Shown in pieces: positions 51,229 to 64,000 of a stretch of 64,000 nucleotides of DNA. Position 1 is the stretch's first letter; each line of letters opens with the position of its first letter. The notes under the pieces are model-generated. The model had not been told where the DNA came from. It saw nothing but the letters and a program-made list of their open reading frames with translations, and did not search any database. The stretch comes from the human T2T-CHM13v2.0 reference genome, Homo sapiens. Location: the NCBI RefSeq assembly GCF_009914755.1, contig NC_060936.1. One strand, written 5' to 3'. Position numbers and translations under genes: made by a program.

Positions 51229-53734
51229 TATCATTTTTCAAAAAGAAATTTTGACATTAGGCAAAGATCAAAACCGAATTTTGGGCAAAGTGACTTTCTG
51301 ATCATTTCACTAAGTGGAAGCAACAATTGCCATGAAGCATAATATGAAACCTCAATGTAGAAATGGTGGACTGTAATAGCATGTGAAAGTCAAGTTTCAA
51401 CTTATTTCTTGGAATTTCTGGGCAGAAGTGAGAATCCTCTCAATAATAGCACATGTTAACATAGTCATAAGCAATTACTTTTTAAAATAGAAAAGGTCCC
51501 TTGAGATCTATTTATTCAAACTGCATTGCATATAGCTAGGGAATTCTCAGAACTGCAGTGATTAACTCCGTAATATGGTTCAGCTTTCTTTATTGTTTGG
51601 GGCTCAGCGATTCTTGTGCTATACAAACAGGCATCATTCTCCTTAGCTGAAACAAAATGATTGGTCTGATACTAGATATAAGTTTTTCAAGATGATGTAG
51701 GATAATTAGAAGTGATTCCTTTAGATCATATTGTCTAATTATTATTTCTGTCCTAAGTGCAGATGAACCTTTATGAAAATGTCTCTCCAGAAAGATTCAT
51801 CTTCATGATGAAAGGCTGTCACCACGGAATTTCCATTACCCAGTGAACCTGCATACATAATAGCCAGAGGTAGAGGCTCATTATTTTCTTTTCTGCTCTT
51901 TGATCCACTCTAGAAATTTTGGAAAGTTTGAATAATATGGAATCATCTGAATCTTATTTAAATTTAAATGTTTTCATTTCTGGGAAGTTTAAGTAATATT
52001 CATTTGCGTTCATTTTGTTAGCAAAGCCAAGATTTTGTTGATACAGACATGTATTATATAATCTTAAAGTTTTTTTCTCCCCACATTGTCTCGAGTTATT
52101 TTTTGACAAAGTTAAATTGATAAAAAAGTTTATTATCTTTTTATTGTATAAAGAGATAACTTCTAAAATGCTACATATTTTTGGTACAAAAACTCATGCT
52201 AATTTGTTTTGAGTAGTACATCTGAACTTACGATGGCCTTTGGCCTATAGAAAACAGAATGCCTGACCTATTCTTGGATTTTATTATGCAGTAGACAGGA
52301 CAATGTTAGTATAAAACACATGGTTAAAACTGGACAGAAACAGTCTGAATAAACTGTTGCAAACCTTCAATGAAGTGAAGAGGTAACAATTTCTACAAAG
52401 GGATTGTTCCATTTTGGGCCAAAATTATAGCTCTGCAAGGGTATAAGAAGTTCACCAGATGGGAGGCCGCTTGAATTTGCAACCATATATATCTTTTTCT
52501 GCTGAAAGAAAGAGACATTTTTTCCCTGACATGTTATCAGGGAAATTGTCATTTTTATTCTTTATCTGTCACTCAAAGTTGTCACTACATTTAGTGGCTA
52601 TTTATTCTGCACATTATTCCTACCTCTAATAGTGCTGTCAGCCTATCTGGTATTTGTGTGCCAGCAACACATTTCTTTCTACTTCAAACACAACTTCTGG
52701 AAAGTAACTTCCTCCTTCTGTTATAAATCCCAAGAAAATCATTGCAAGAAGCTCTAGTCTGTCCAAACTCCTTTCTGTTCCTTATTTTTAATCAAAATAG
52801 GAACTAGTGACATTTTTCTTGATCAGTGGAGCATTGTTTTGAATTATTCCTTGAGTTGAAGTGTTCGATTCAAGAAGATAGCTTCATGCATTTCCACTGA
52901 ACCTTCTTTGGGGTAAATGGCACAAATTCAAAGTTGAATGGTGAGAGGTAAAAGTGCAAATTGATCTGTAACCCTCATATTATAAATATTTCAACAAACT
53001 GAGCTCAATAGTATTAAGAAATAATGAAATCAATTTTTATTATTATTATTTTTTTCACATTTGTCATAGAACTCAGAAGCGAATCCCCACTCAGACACAC
53101 TGTAGCCTGAACAACAAACTGGGAATTCCAACTACTTTGTGATTTTGAGGAAATTTTTTTTTTTTGTAAAATAAAACAAAAATCAAACCAAAACAAACCA
53201 AAAAAACTGAGTACTCTAATCTTTTCTTTACCACAGATGTGCTACATGATTATAAAAAAGTTAATTAGCTTCCCCAGTCCAGTAATTCCCTTGTCAATGA
53301 ACTGAAAACCAAAGTTATTGCACGGGACAAAAATACTAAGATTGTTCTTCAAAGATTTTCACTGTGATTCCTTATTTAAATGTTTATAATAACAATCTAT
53401 TTATCAAAAAAGTTAACTAATATCTAACAAAGAAGATAAAGACTAAAACATAATTCTTTGAAGCAATCATGAAAGTATTCTGAAATGTATTACCTAAATG
53501 AGCTTAGAAGCAAAAAATGCCAGATGGCTTTAGAATTTTCACTTCCAAAAGGAATTTTTGTACTGGATCTTGTCTCCTCAGGGGACAAATATTTCATCCT
53601 ATATGACTGTAGCAATTATTTTCTAATGTATGATTGGTGAACCTAGTTATGGAGCACAGTTAATCCAGAAAGGCTAAAATACGTCAATAGAAAGAAATAA
53701 TCTCCCAAAGAAGAATCTATCCCCTTCACTTAAA

Positions 53735-53910
53735 TAGTGGTTGCATCATGTGATACTGGATAAGTCCTGGGATGTCGATCAGGACACTTAGGATCCAGTC
53801 CTGCCTCTTCTACTAAGAAGTCTCCTGACCACGTTGGGCCTCAGTTTCTTCACATATAAAATAAGAGGGTTAGGCCAAATAATCCTTAAGATCTCTTCCA
53901 ATTCAAAGAT
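53735..53910 (+). mobile_element. MIR3/MIR fragment
   Basis: 'gggcctcagtttcttcacatataaaataagagggtt...ccttaagatctcttccaattc'. Confidence 0.75.
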
Positions 53911-54190
53911 TTCACTTAACAATTTAGAAACTAATTTATATTGCATACACGCATGGAAAAGTTAAAAAATCATTTTAAAAGTTGATATAACCATTTTGAA
54001 AGTGGAGAATAAACAGGTTGCAGCACACTGTATTTAGTTAAAATGACTGAAAGGCTGTGATTGAGAATGGTGGCATTCTCATCTTAAAATAAAATCTATA
54101 TACTGCACATTGGACAATGAACAACCCCTAAAAACATCGGGAAATGCTAGCTAGCAATTTGACTTTAGAATAGCTTTGTTTTTTCTGAAC

Positions 54191-54390
54191 CAGGGTTTCT
54201 TAACCTCGTCACTATTGACATTTTGGGATGGATCGTTATCTGTTGTTGGTGGGGAGGTGCTCTGTTGCTCATTTTAGGGTGTATAGTAACTTCCCCAGCC
54301 TTTATCCACTAGATGCCAATAATATTTTCATCTCCTACATTGTGACAACCAGAAAAGTTTCTGGACATTTGTCCCCATTGAGAATCACTG
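54191..54390. mobile_element. MER20-like hAT relic
   Basis: 'cagggtttcttaacctcgtcactattgacattttggg...ccactagatgcca...tgtgacaacc...ttgagaatcactg'. Confidence 0.85.
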
Positions 54391-54939
54391 CTCTAAAGTG
54401 AACGAGCCTTCTCTGGCCTCTTGTTTTAACCTTGCACATGGTACCAGAGTTGTGAGACTCCAATACCTTTAAAACAAGTATCCAAGGCCCATTGTGCCTT
54501 GAACATAGTTCTATGAAGACAAGCACTAAAAATAAGACTTGTTAATATTAGTATGAAAATTGTAATATATGGATACTTACTTGTGCCAGGCACTGCACAA
54601 TCTATGTTTCCTGAATTCATTGTTCATGAAGTTAATGCCCTCATTATATGAAATATTGAAATCCATCCTCACAGTCCTTGCTTTCTGGCTGAGGACACAC
54701 ATGATCCATAAATCTAAAATGGGCTTTAGAACAGTTACAAAGTAGTCTGCCGATGAAGTGAGTGTGAGTGAAGAGAGCGCTGAGTAAATGGCTGATAAGG
54801 GAGGCGTGGGGAGAGGAGTGACGAGTCCGAGTCCTTGCAGCCAGAGGTAGGGCACAGGCGGGAGACAAGCTGCGGGTGGGGGACAGCAGGCACCCCAGCA
54901 GCAGTGAGAACTCAAAACTAGAGCAGACGGCTGTGAAGA

Positions 54940-55240
54940 CTGGGAGCAAAGGTTCAGTTTGGCAGGAGGAATAAATTCTGAAAATATATTGTAGAGCATG
55001 GTGGCTGTAGTTGAAAATGTACTGTGTACTTGAACATTGCTAAGAGAGCAGATTTTAAATGTTCTCACTGCAAGAAAAAAGGTAAGGATGTGAGGTGATG
55101 GATATGTGAATAGCTTGATGTAATCATTACACAATGTATGCATATATCAAAACATCACGCGACACCCCATAAATTTACACAATTTTTGTCAATTAAAAAT
55201 CACTCAATCAATCATCAATCAATAAGATAATTAAAATAAA
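54940..55240 (+). mobile_element. L1MA-like 3' end
   Basis: 'gctaagagagcagattttaaatgttctcac...atgtgaggtgatggatatg...aaaacatcac'. Confidence 0.85.
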
Positions 55241-55654
55241 AAGACCGTGGGAGGAGCTTGCAGAGTCCTGAGGTCCAGCCAAATTGCTTAGCTTTAATTT
55301 TATTAATAAGCAGTGGGATGTCCCATCTTGAGAAAGGGCAGTGAAATGAAAGAGAGTCTTTGATGGAAACAATACCTTCAATTCCTCTGACAAGGGCTTT
55401 GGAGGCTGTTGAATGACCACTCAAAACACCATTTTACTTCTCAGAATGGCAGTCAAGGGATGATTTTACAGTTTTTCTTTTCTATTCCTACCTAAAAAGG
55501 CTTAGCCTAGCTAGCCTTACACACAACCATTTTAGACCAGCTAAATTGTTTTGTGACTGAACTCTCATGTTGTACGGTGGCTGTATGTCCTCATTGCAGG
55601 ATGTTGACAAGTGCCACCCTCCCTGTCAAACGAATGCCAGAATTATCCAGGGCA

Positions 55655-55905
55655 AAAAACCATATAGAATGATGGCAACAGCATGGATGTTGGAGTCATT
55701 GGTTTGGATTTGAGTCCTGACTCCATCATGTACTATTTGTATGGTCCTCAGTTTTCTCTGTAAAATGGGAATAAGTGCTGTATTGGAAGGAATCAATGCT
55801 ATGTTGAATATATTGGAAAAAATCAGTTATATAATATTTGTAAAGCACTTAGTAAAGCATCTGGCATCTAGCAAGGACTCAATAAATATGAATTACATTA
55901 TTATT
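55655..55905 (+). mobile_element. MIR
   Basis: 'tggagtca...ctcagttttctctgtaaaatggga...gtaaagcacttag...ctcaataaat'. Confidence 0.8.
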
Positions 55906-57989
55906 CATGCTGAATTGTGAATACTTACCCTTAAGAGTCTTAAGTATACACTGGAATTGCCTTGAGGTTGCCGTTCACATGTAAACATCTATTGTCAATG
56001 CACAAAATGATAATTTTTAAAATACAAATATGGTATGAAGAGGAAAGCTTTAGCTATATATATGCCTGGAGAACAAGGAGAGAGCAAAAGTGCTTTTTGT
56101 TATAAATAAAACACTAGATAAAGAATAAACAGGTACCGAGTATGTAGGAAGGGTTATGGAGGGAGGTGAAGCTCAGCAAAGCTGACATCCTGCCCAGGGA
56201 AAGGAGCATTTCTTGGAGGGTTTCTGTGCTTTAGGATGTCTGTTAGAGTATGTGTTTCTCTATATTGTTTCCTGTATTTCCCTCTCTGTCAACTCCAAGA
56301 GAAATAGGAGGAAGAGTCCTGAACGGCTCAAACTCATCCCATTGCTTCCAACCCTAAGAAGGAATGAAAAGGGACATCTGTCTTCATCTACAATGAGCTG
56401 AGGACATATAGATCTTGTCTCAGTCCTGCACATAATTCCTTCCTAACAAAAAAGGAGCAAGATGTCTCTTGCATGGGTGAAGGACGTAGCTACAACAGAC
56501 AGTAGTTTTAACCAGAAATCAAAGGATCATGTGGAGCAATGTAGCTTAAGCTGAAACTAGCAATCAAAAAGGAGTCTGACTTGCTACGAGGCTGGAGAAT
56601 AGAAAGTAGGGAAGTTAAGAGAAGAGGACCCTAATCGCAAAGCTAGACAAATTGCTGGGTTTCAGGGGGATTGAATGGGGTCCTAATTTACTAAACCCAA
56701 TGCAGTCATCTTAACCTCTTAGTTGTGTGTCTAGGATGCCAATCTGTGGATTTTGATTTATTACAAGCAGCAAATAATGTCCTCCCATTTGAGGCTGTCC
56801 TAACTTCAGTTTTAAGGCACTGTTTGTCTTTGAAACTCTGCAATGGTCCCTGGTCTTCCAGTGTTGACTGAGTGTTGGCTTCTTTCTACCCTGATGCCTT
56901 ATCCTGATCTGATCTCCTTGGTTTACGATTCTTTGGCTTTTTCTTCCCATTTTCTTCTTTCTTTTAGCTTTTGTTTATCTCTGTCTCCAGGCTTTCTGTT
57001 CAACATATTCCTACAATGTCGTTCCTTCTCCCTTAGTTCATTTTCTGCCAGAGTTCTCCTGGTGCTGGTTAACAATCCTTCATTTCATAACTACACAGAC
57101 AGTAGTTTTAACCTTTAACTGCTCAAGGTTTGCTATAACAAAGGAAGAGGGTCTGACATCAGAATGACATGAGACATAAGAAAGGACTGATAGTGTTTTG
57201 TAAAAGAGGAGTAGAGGGATGACAATCAAGAACCTTGAATTTATTCTTTGACATGTCCTTATGCTGTTGTAACGCTAAATCCAAGAACTGACAGTGTATG
57301 CCAGCCTACAGTGTGTCAAGCTTGTGCTCAGGGGGGCCACTGGAGAAGGAGGCCACTAGAAAATGCTTGGTTAGATGGGATTATATGGCTTTGAATGGAA
57401 GAATCTTCCCTTCAGGCCTTCTCCCTTCTGCCTACCTTCCTTATACTCTTTGAAGGCTATGCTGGAGATTGCTTGAGATCAACCTGCTCACGAGATGGGC
57501 TCCATATCTGCTTTATTACTCAGATGTCATCCTGCCAACTGATGTTGATTAAATATGGCATCTTGTTATCACAAAGGCCACTTTCCAGAGACCAAGTATG
57601 ACAGCAAAAGCCAATTCACGTCACAGATTCATCAGTTTTGGGAAGAACATAGCCTTTTTCACTGTTTAATTCCCATCTATTCCTTGGTGTAAGTAAATTC
57701 TCTCTGACTTCTTTAAGATGGTTTTGACTTACTTAGAAATACAGTTGCATTGTTATCCTATCTGACAGTATATTAAAGATAACATAATTCCATCCTGGCT
57801 TTCTATTCTGAGCTGTTCCCTTTCATCTCTTTCTCATCATTTTCTAGTATGTAAGGTTTATATCATGTTGGTTAAAATGTTATTTTTAACTAAAATACAT
57901 TTTTTTCATCATCTAAAATTCTGCTCAAAGTAAAAAATTTGGGATGACATGAAAGACTCATAATAGATCAGTGGTTAAATTCAGAGTGT

Positions 57990-58290
57990 ATCTTAAGGAT
58001 AAAAGGCAACCATTAAACATCATGGTTTCAGAAAATGTTTAACAGCATGGAAAATCCTTACTATACAACTGAAAAGCAAAATACAAAGCCATATATATAG
58101 TATAATTCTAAGTAGGTAAAAAAATAGATAATATATACAAATAAAAATATCAGAAAGAAAACACCAAATGTTAACAGAGTTTATATCTGGTACAAGTTTA
58201 TGACTTGTATTACATGTTCTTTTTTTGTGTTTCTATGCTTTCCAAATTTTCTCAAATGTGTGTTACATCATAATTAAAAACATAAATATT
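57990..58290 (+). mobile_element. L1ME-like 3' end
   Basis: 'aaaacaccaaatgttaacagagtttatatctgg...tttccaaattttct'. Confidence 0.6.
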
Positions 58291-58659
58291 GTGAAATTTT
58301 TGCTTAATGACCCCTTATTTATACTACCTTTTCAAGTTACATCTTCTAGTTCTGTGATCTCCCCAGAAACCTCCTCTCCTTTCTATTTATTGCCCTTTGT
58401 ATCTTTAAATACTAGGCATTTATATGTACATATGGACAGCTCTCATTAGTGTTTATGTATTTAAGCTACTTTCTTATTACTTGTGTGTATGGTTTCATGT
58501 TTTTATAAACAATATATAGAGTTGCTTGGTATATAGTAATCAGAAATATGTTTTTGTTTTGTTAAATCTTGGTGTCCAAGAAGCAGAACTGCCAAGAAAG
58601 TGTAGGTTGGCAGTCAGAAATCAAAGTAAAATGCAACATGGAAAGAGGATGAGTGGTTA

Positions 58660-58810
58660 TGAAACGCTCTGTGCTAGGCACGTTTCTGTTACCTCATTTA
58701 CTCTTTACAACCTACCTGAGACGAAGATGGACTCCTTTCCACAGAAGAAACAATGGCTCAGTTGAGGGCGTAGGACTTGTCATAGGTCACACAGCCCAGT
58801 AAGTGCTACC
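58660..58810 (-). mobile_element. MIR fragment
   Basis: 'ctcatttactctttacaacc...acagaagaaacaatggctcag...ggtcacacagcccagtaagtg'. Confidence 0.7.
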
Positions 58811-59009
58811 TCTTTCAGGTTTGTCTTCTTGCCTTGACTCTTCTACTTGGTCACAAACAAGTTCATCTGGTAATGTGTGCACGTGTAGAGAGCAACCACA
58901 CAATTTACAATGTAAGTTTGGGAATGTGTGACAGAAATATGTGTGTACATGCATTCTTTAATGTTTGTTATTTCGTGTCACAGTGACGTTTTATGCATAT
59001 TGTATGTAA

Positions 59010-59360
<351 letters not shown>

Positions 59361-59944
59361 TAACTCCCTACAGTTACTAGAACACAGTGCCTTCCATCCA
59401 GATTCTCAATATGTGCTCCTACCAAGCCATTAAATCTTAGTGTTATATACCAGACCCAGCGTACTGCTATTTTGGATTCAGAGATGGCTTGGTGTGTTTC
59501 ATTATGTTAGGATTATATGTAGATGGATAAGAGATAATGAGACAAAAAGGATTTCCAGACAAATGAAACAATGAGTGTGAAAGCTATAGCTATGATCTCA
59601 TGTGTATTTTTATAAAATTGAGAGAATTAAAATTGGCCTATTTGGTAGTTAATTTTTAGACAAGAAGATTGGAAAATGCATGTATTATTAATGCTACTTA
59701 TATAACTGCTACTAGCAGAAGAGTCTCTTAGTGATATTTTCTGAAGTGTGAAAGTATAGTAATAGTCAATGAGTTCTAAATGTATTGCCACAGTGAAGAC
59801 ACTTTGGTAAAGTAAACAAGAAAAGTTGTAGTTCTTAGATTCTAAGTATATTGTTGAACCAGAATATTTGATCAGATCAATAATGAAATGATAATAATGG
59901 GAATGCCAGCAACAAAAACAAATCTACTGGGCTTTCTCTCATTT

Positions 59945-60235
59945 AATTTTTAATTTTTTTTTAATTTTTTTAATTTTAATTTTAATTGTTTTTGAGTCTT
60001 GCTCTGTCACCCAGGCTGGAGTGCAGTGGCAGTATCTTGGCTCTCTGCAACCTCCACCTCCTGAGTTCAAGTGATTCTCCTGCCTCAGCCTCCTGAGTAG
60101 CTAGGATTATAGGCATGAGCCACCATGCCCGGCTAATTTTTGTATCTTTAGTAGAGATGAGGTTTCACCATATTGGCCAGGCTGGTGTTGAACTCCTGAC
60201 CTCAAGTGATCTGCCTGCCGCAGCCTCTGAAAGTG
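59945..60235 (-). mobile_element. AluS, 5'-truncated by ~35 nt
   Basis: Ends at 'ctctgaaagtg'. Tail is (TTTTAA)n-like. Confidence 0.94.
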
Positions 60236-60748
60236 GGCCTCTCATTACATTTTAACTTGCTTTATTTAGTATAACTTTATGTGTATCCTAGAATGAATTG
60301 ATTGTTCAATTAATTGAATATCTAATCACGTGCCTGGTGTTCTGCTGGATATAACATGGAATACAAAGATAAAAAAGACCACAGTTATTGGCATCAAGAA
60401 CCTTAGTCTAGTAAGTTGTTTGTATACCAACAAGGACACAACAGTAAATGAAAACGGGAAAAGGAGGAGGAAGAATGTGCTCTGAGTATAGAATGAGTTA
60501 ATGTAAAGACTCCAAGGACTTCTACCAAGTCCTCCAGAGGCCTAAAATCCTACTAGGATATGATGAAGATGGTTTTCCTAATAACTTCACTGTGCTCCTT
60601 TTCCAAAAGATGTGTAATGTTAATAAAGGGATGAGCCATGTAGTTCTGATCCAAGGCAGTGTCACGTTCAAAGGAACTCAGCCACCAATAATAATTTCAG
60701 AATATCTCAAATACTTTACATGTATTTCTCACGTATCATGAAGGGGAT

Positions 60749-61159
60749 TGTATTAGTCCATTTTTGCATTGCTGTAAAGAAATACCCGAGGCTGGGTAAT
60801 TTGTAAAGAAGAGGTTTAGTTGGCTCCTGGTTCTGCAGGCTGTACAAGCATGGCCCTAGCATCTGCTTCTGGCTAGAACCTCAGAAAGCTTACAGTCATG
60901 GTGAAAGGGAAGGGGAGCCAGCACACATATGATGAGAGCAGGAGCAAGAGAGGGGGGTAGGCGGTACACTCTTGTAAGCAAACATATCCCGCGTGAACTT
61001 TGAGAGCAAGAACACACTCATTACCAAGGGGATGGTGCTAAACCATTCATGAGAGATCCGCTCCTGTGATCCAAACACCTCCCACCAGGCCCCACCTTCA
61101 ATATTGGGGATCACATTTCAAAATGAGATTTGGAGAAGACAAACATCCCAACCATATCA
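60749..61159 (-). mobile_element. MaLR solo LTR (MSTB-like), complete
   Basis: tgtattagtcc...accatatca. 5-bp TSD gggat/gggac at 60744-48 and 61160-64. Confidence 0.92.
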
Positions 61160-62954
61160 GGGACACATAGCTCTCAGAAATTTTCCTAAAAAAATGTTCT
61201 TTTCTCTTTTCTACAAGCTGCCTTCACACCCCACAGCTATTCTCACTCCTAGCTTCTCCCCTGAGCCATTTCCTCTGCCTCCAGCTTGGGCTGTTTTTAC
61301 TTTCCTCTGCCCACCCTCTCCTGTGAAGTCTTTTTCTTCTTCCTACCACCTTGCAGGCATTGCTTCTTTCTGTTGGTTCTCTGACAATTCTCCATTACTG
61401 ATGCCAAAGCATTGCTTTCTTTTAACATGTCTTCTCTTCTCAGAAGATAGAGGAGAGGAAGAAGCTGAACAAAGCCAGAATCTTGTTTTGCAGACTTGGC
61501 AAAACTCTTAAAGGAGTAGTTTTTCTGTCCTTAAGAGGTAAAAATCTTTCTTAAAGCCTACCAAATATGAGGTTCTGCACTTTATTCTGTTCACCTCTTG
61601 CCCATTTAATTCTTCAATTTGAGTTCTGTTGCCTATTCCTTTTTGTATGTCTGTTACTGCACATTTCATTGTAGCTGATTTCACTCAGAAAATAGCCTTC
61701 AACTATAGAAATGTAGGTCAGCATCATATATATTTAGGATGTCATTCATATGGAAGATAAAAGACAAGAATCCCTATTGCAAATTTCTTCTTTCCTTAAT
61801 CCATTCTAGTACATTTCAGCATTGTAGGTTTTGGTACCTTGATTTTTCTTATCTCGTAGGAAAAAAAGTGGGTTCTTTCATATTAATATTCAGGACCATG
61901 TATACACGTGACACAATAAACCACCATTAAAGAGATTATTTACCCAAACATAATATTTTCTAAAATTGATCTAATAAGTAAATAGCTATGACCATCAGCA
62001 TGTGTATTGTAGGAATGAATTTGATGAAGTATTCATAAATTACGGGTTGAGGGATGAATTTTTGAGTAGCTAAGGGGCTCTGCAACTATGCTGGTTGACT
62101 GCTTATACACACATATACACACATACAGTTTAATAATTACATGGGGTATAGAAAAAGAGTTGGACAAATAAGTCTCATCCAAGTCTTTTCCCACCAAATT
62201 TGTCTCCGAACTAGGAATGCTAAACAGCTCAAAACTAGTGGACGTGAGCTTTATCCAGTTCTCTGCTTCTTCCCACTCTAGTTGGAAGTGCTAATGAACT
62301 GACAGCTCGAACAAAAGCCAGCACACAGTAGTCAATCACATTTTTATTGCATAAAAAATGAACCCCCCCCAAATCAGAGCACAAAATGATACAAGATAGA
62401 AGGGACTTCAGTGTATCCTGTTCATTTCTATACTGCGTATCTGATCCCTGCATAATCACAGAGTGGCTAAAGATGATTCATCTGAAAGACCTATTTAAGG
62501 AAGGAAGTGAAAGTCATAGGCTAAAAAATGGCCCATAATCAGGTGCTGACAGTTGTGTGTTGAAAGGTTCTATGTAAAGCCAAACTTTCCAACCACAAAA
62601 AGGGACCTGTTTTGTTCAACATTCTGGAGCAAAGAAATTAAGGGGAAAGCCAAGCTAAGATGAAAGGCCTAGAAATAGTTTTAACTTTCATGCTTGACAC
62701 AGGAAAATAAAAGAAACCTACTGAGTAGATTAAACAAATAAATGTCCAATCATGCATTTAATTTGAATTCCCATGAAAATCTGTCAAATTTGTAGAAAGA
62801 CTCCAAAGTTTATTTTTGATACTAGATAGGCCATCTCCTACGCCAAAAATGGAAACGCCTCATAAAATTGTATACAGGTGACTTGGCGATTCAGTGGCAG
62901 ACTGTTCAGATTGTTTGTTATTGATGTCCCTTGCTGCTTGCTTGTAAATTCATG

Positions 62955-63625
62955 TACAGATTCATTCATTCATGCATTTATTCTTTTTTTTTTTTTAAAT
63001 TCAACACATACTTAGTTACTTATTCATGCTGGGCATTGGGCTAGGCTTTGGAGACACAACAAATATCTCTTCCTCTGTTAAGAGACTTAGTCTAGGCTGG
63101 GTGCCGTGGCTCACGCCTGTAATCCCAGCACTTTGGGAGGCCGAGGCGGGTGGATCACCTGAGGTCAGGAGTTCAAGACAGACCAGGCTGGCCAACATGG
63201 TGAAACCCCGTCTCTACTAAAAATACAAAAATTAGCTGTGCGTGGTGGTGGGTGCCTGTAATCCTAGCTACTCAGGAGGCTGAAGCAGAAGAATTGCTTG
63301 AACCCAGGAGGAAGAGGTTGCAGTGAGCCGAGATCACACCATTGCATGCCAGCCTGGGTGACAAGAGTGAAACTCTGTCTCAAAAAAAAGAAAAAAAAAA
63401 AAAAAAGAAAGAAAGAAAGAAAAGAAACTTAGTCTAGTTTGTCAGAGAAGAAAATGAACTTTTTTCTTTCTTTTTTTTACTGTACAGTACTGTAAGTGCC
63501 ATGACAAAAATAAGCCCATTCAAAATGCCAATTCAGACTGGGAAATCAAAGAAGGCTTCTGGGAAGTATTAATTGCTGAGCTGAGATTTGAGAAAGAGTG
63601 GGTTTAGCCAGATGAAGGAGAGGCA
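62955..63625 (-). mobile_element. L2 3' fragment split by an Alu
   Basis: 'ttcattcattcatgcatt...caacacatac', resuming at 'agaaggcttctggga...tgagctgagatttga'. Confidence 0.7.
63095..63421 (+). mobile_element. AluS
   Basis: Full dimer with A/GAAA tail. 15-bp TSD aaga(g/a)acttagtcta at 63080-94 and 63422-36. Confidence 0.97.
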
Positions 63626-63930
63626 CTAGAACATGGTTGCTAAATGCGTGGATTCTACAGCCAGGCTCTCTGGGCTCAAGTCTTGTTTTTTCCAGTAACT
63701 ATGCATGACCCCAGGCAAGGTTCCCAACCTCAATTTCTCAGTTCTTCAATTTCAACCTCAATTTCTCAATTCTTCAACCTCAGATTCCTCAATTTCTCTA
63801 TGAGTGGGGGTAACAATAGTACCTACCACTTACCTATCCCAGGTTTGTAAGGATGAATAAATGCATTGATATTCCCAAAGTACTTGGAAGAGTGTGTCTC
63901 ACTTAAGTGTTACATAAGTGTGTGATGAAT
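63625..63930 (+). mobile_element. MIR with an internal degenerate tandem expansion
   Basis: MIR layout, with 'aacctcaatttctca(g/a)ttcttc' repeated at ~63727-63800. Confidence 0.7.
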
Positions 63931-64000
63931 AAATACAGGGGGAGGATGGCGAGTGTCTTGGGTGGCAGGTACGGCTGGTGCAATAGCTTGAAACGGCATG

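Larger units (their letters stand above)
49136..51312. repeat. Inverted duplication: arms 49136-49500 and 50587-51312 (right arm split by L1), spacer ~1.09 kb
   Basis: Manual reverse-complement alignment. The core 49351-49411 vs 50676-50736 is 60/61 identical. The outer 85 bp are ~87% identical. Confidence 0.97.

Noticed and set aside
49136-51312. Inverted arms as long TIRs of a novel DNA transposon (TA at both outer ends)
   Set aside because: Disfavoured: the inner end copies a MIR tail, L2-like sequence continues across the left arm, and the spacer holds ordinary MIR/L2 with no transposase.
52364-52520. Minus-strand exon candidate (tctttctttcag acceptor, AAG|gtttgc donor)
   Set aside because: Stops in all frames, a weak donor, and no supporting neighbours.
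54577-55143. 188-aa minus-strand ORF
   Set aside because: Begins in antisense L1MA and crosses the GC patch; no recognisable domain.

Overview
Primate (almost certainly human) AT-rich genomic DNA, intronic or intergenic and dominated by transposable elements. It holds one full-length but ORF-disrupted L1PA2/3 on the minus strand (~12.45-18.5 kb), 13 Alus (including an AluYe5-like copy), MaLR/ERVL solo LTRs, Tigger and MER DNA-transposon relics, and many MIR/L2/L1M fragments. I recognise no host protein-coding exon: the long ORFs are L1 remnants and the short ORFs are repeat-derived or random. A few plus-strand exon-like segments with good splice sites could belong to a non-coding or 5'UTR transcript. 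The most unusual structure is a ~365-bp inverted duplication of apparently non-TE sequence (49136-49500 vs 50587-51312). Its donor, recipient and minimum age can be inferred from the flanking MIR, L2 and L1, and its 61-bp motif-rich core is far better preserved than the rest. Also notable are a perfect 25-bp inverted repeat forming a 78-nt hairpin (11059-11136), an unexplained 19-bp direct repeat spaced 600 bp apart, and a tiny poly(A)-tailed insertion. Repeat subfamily names come from recalled consensus motifs, not from a search, and old-repeat boundaries are approximate. I cannot establish a new biological system from sequence alone.
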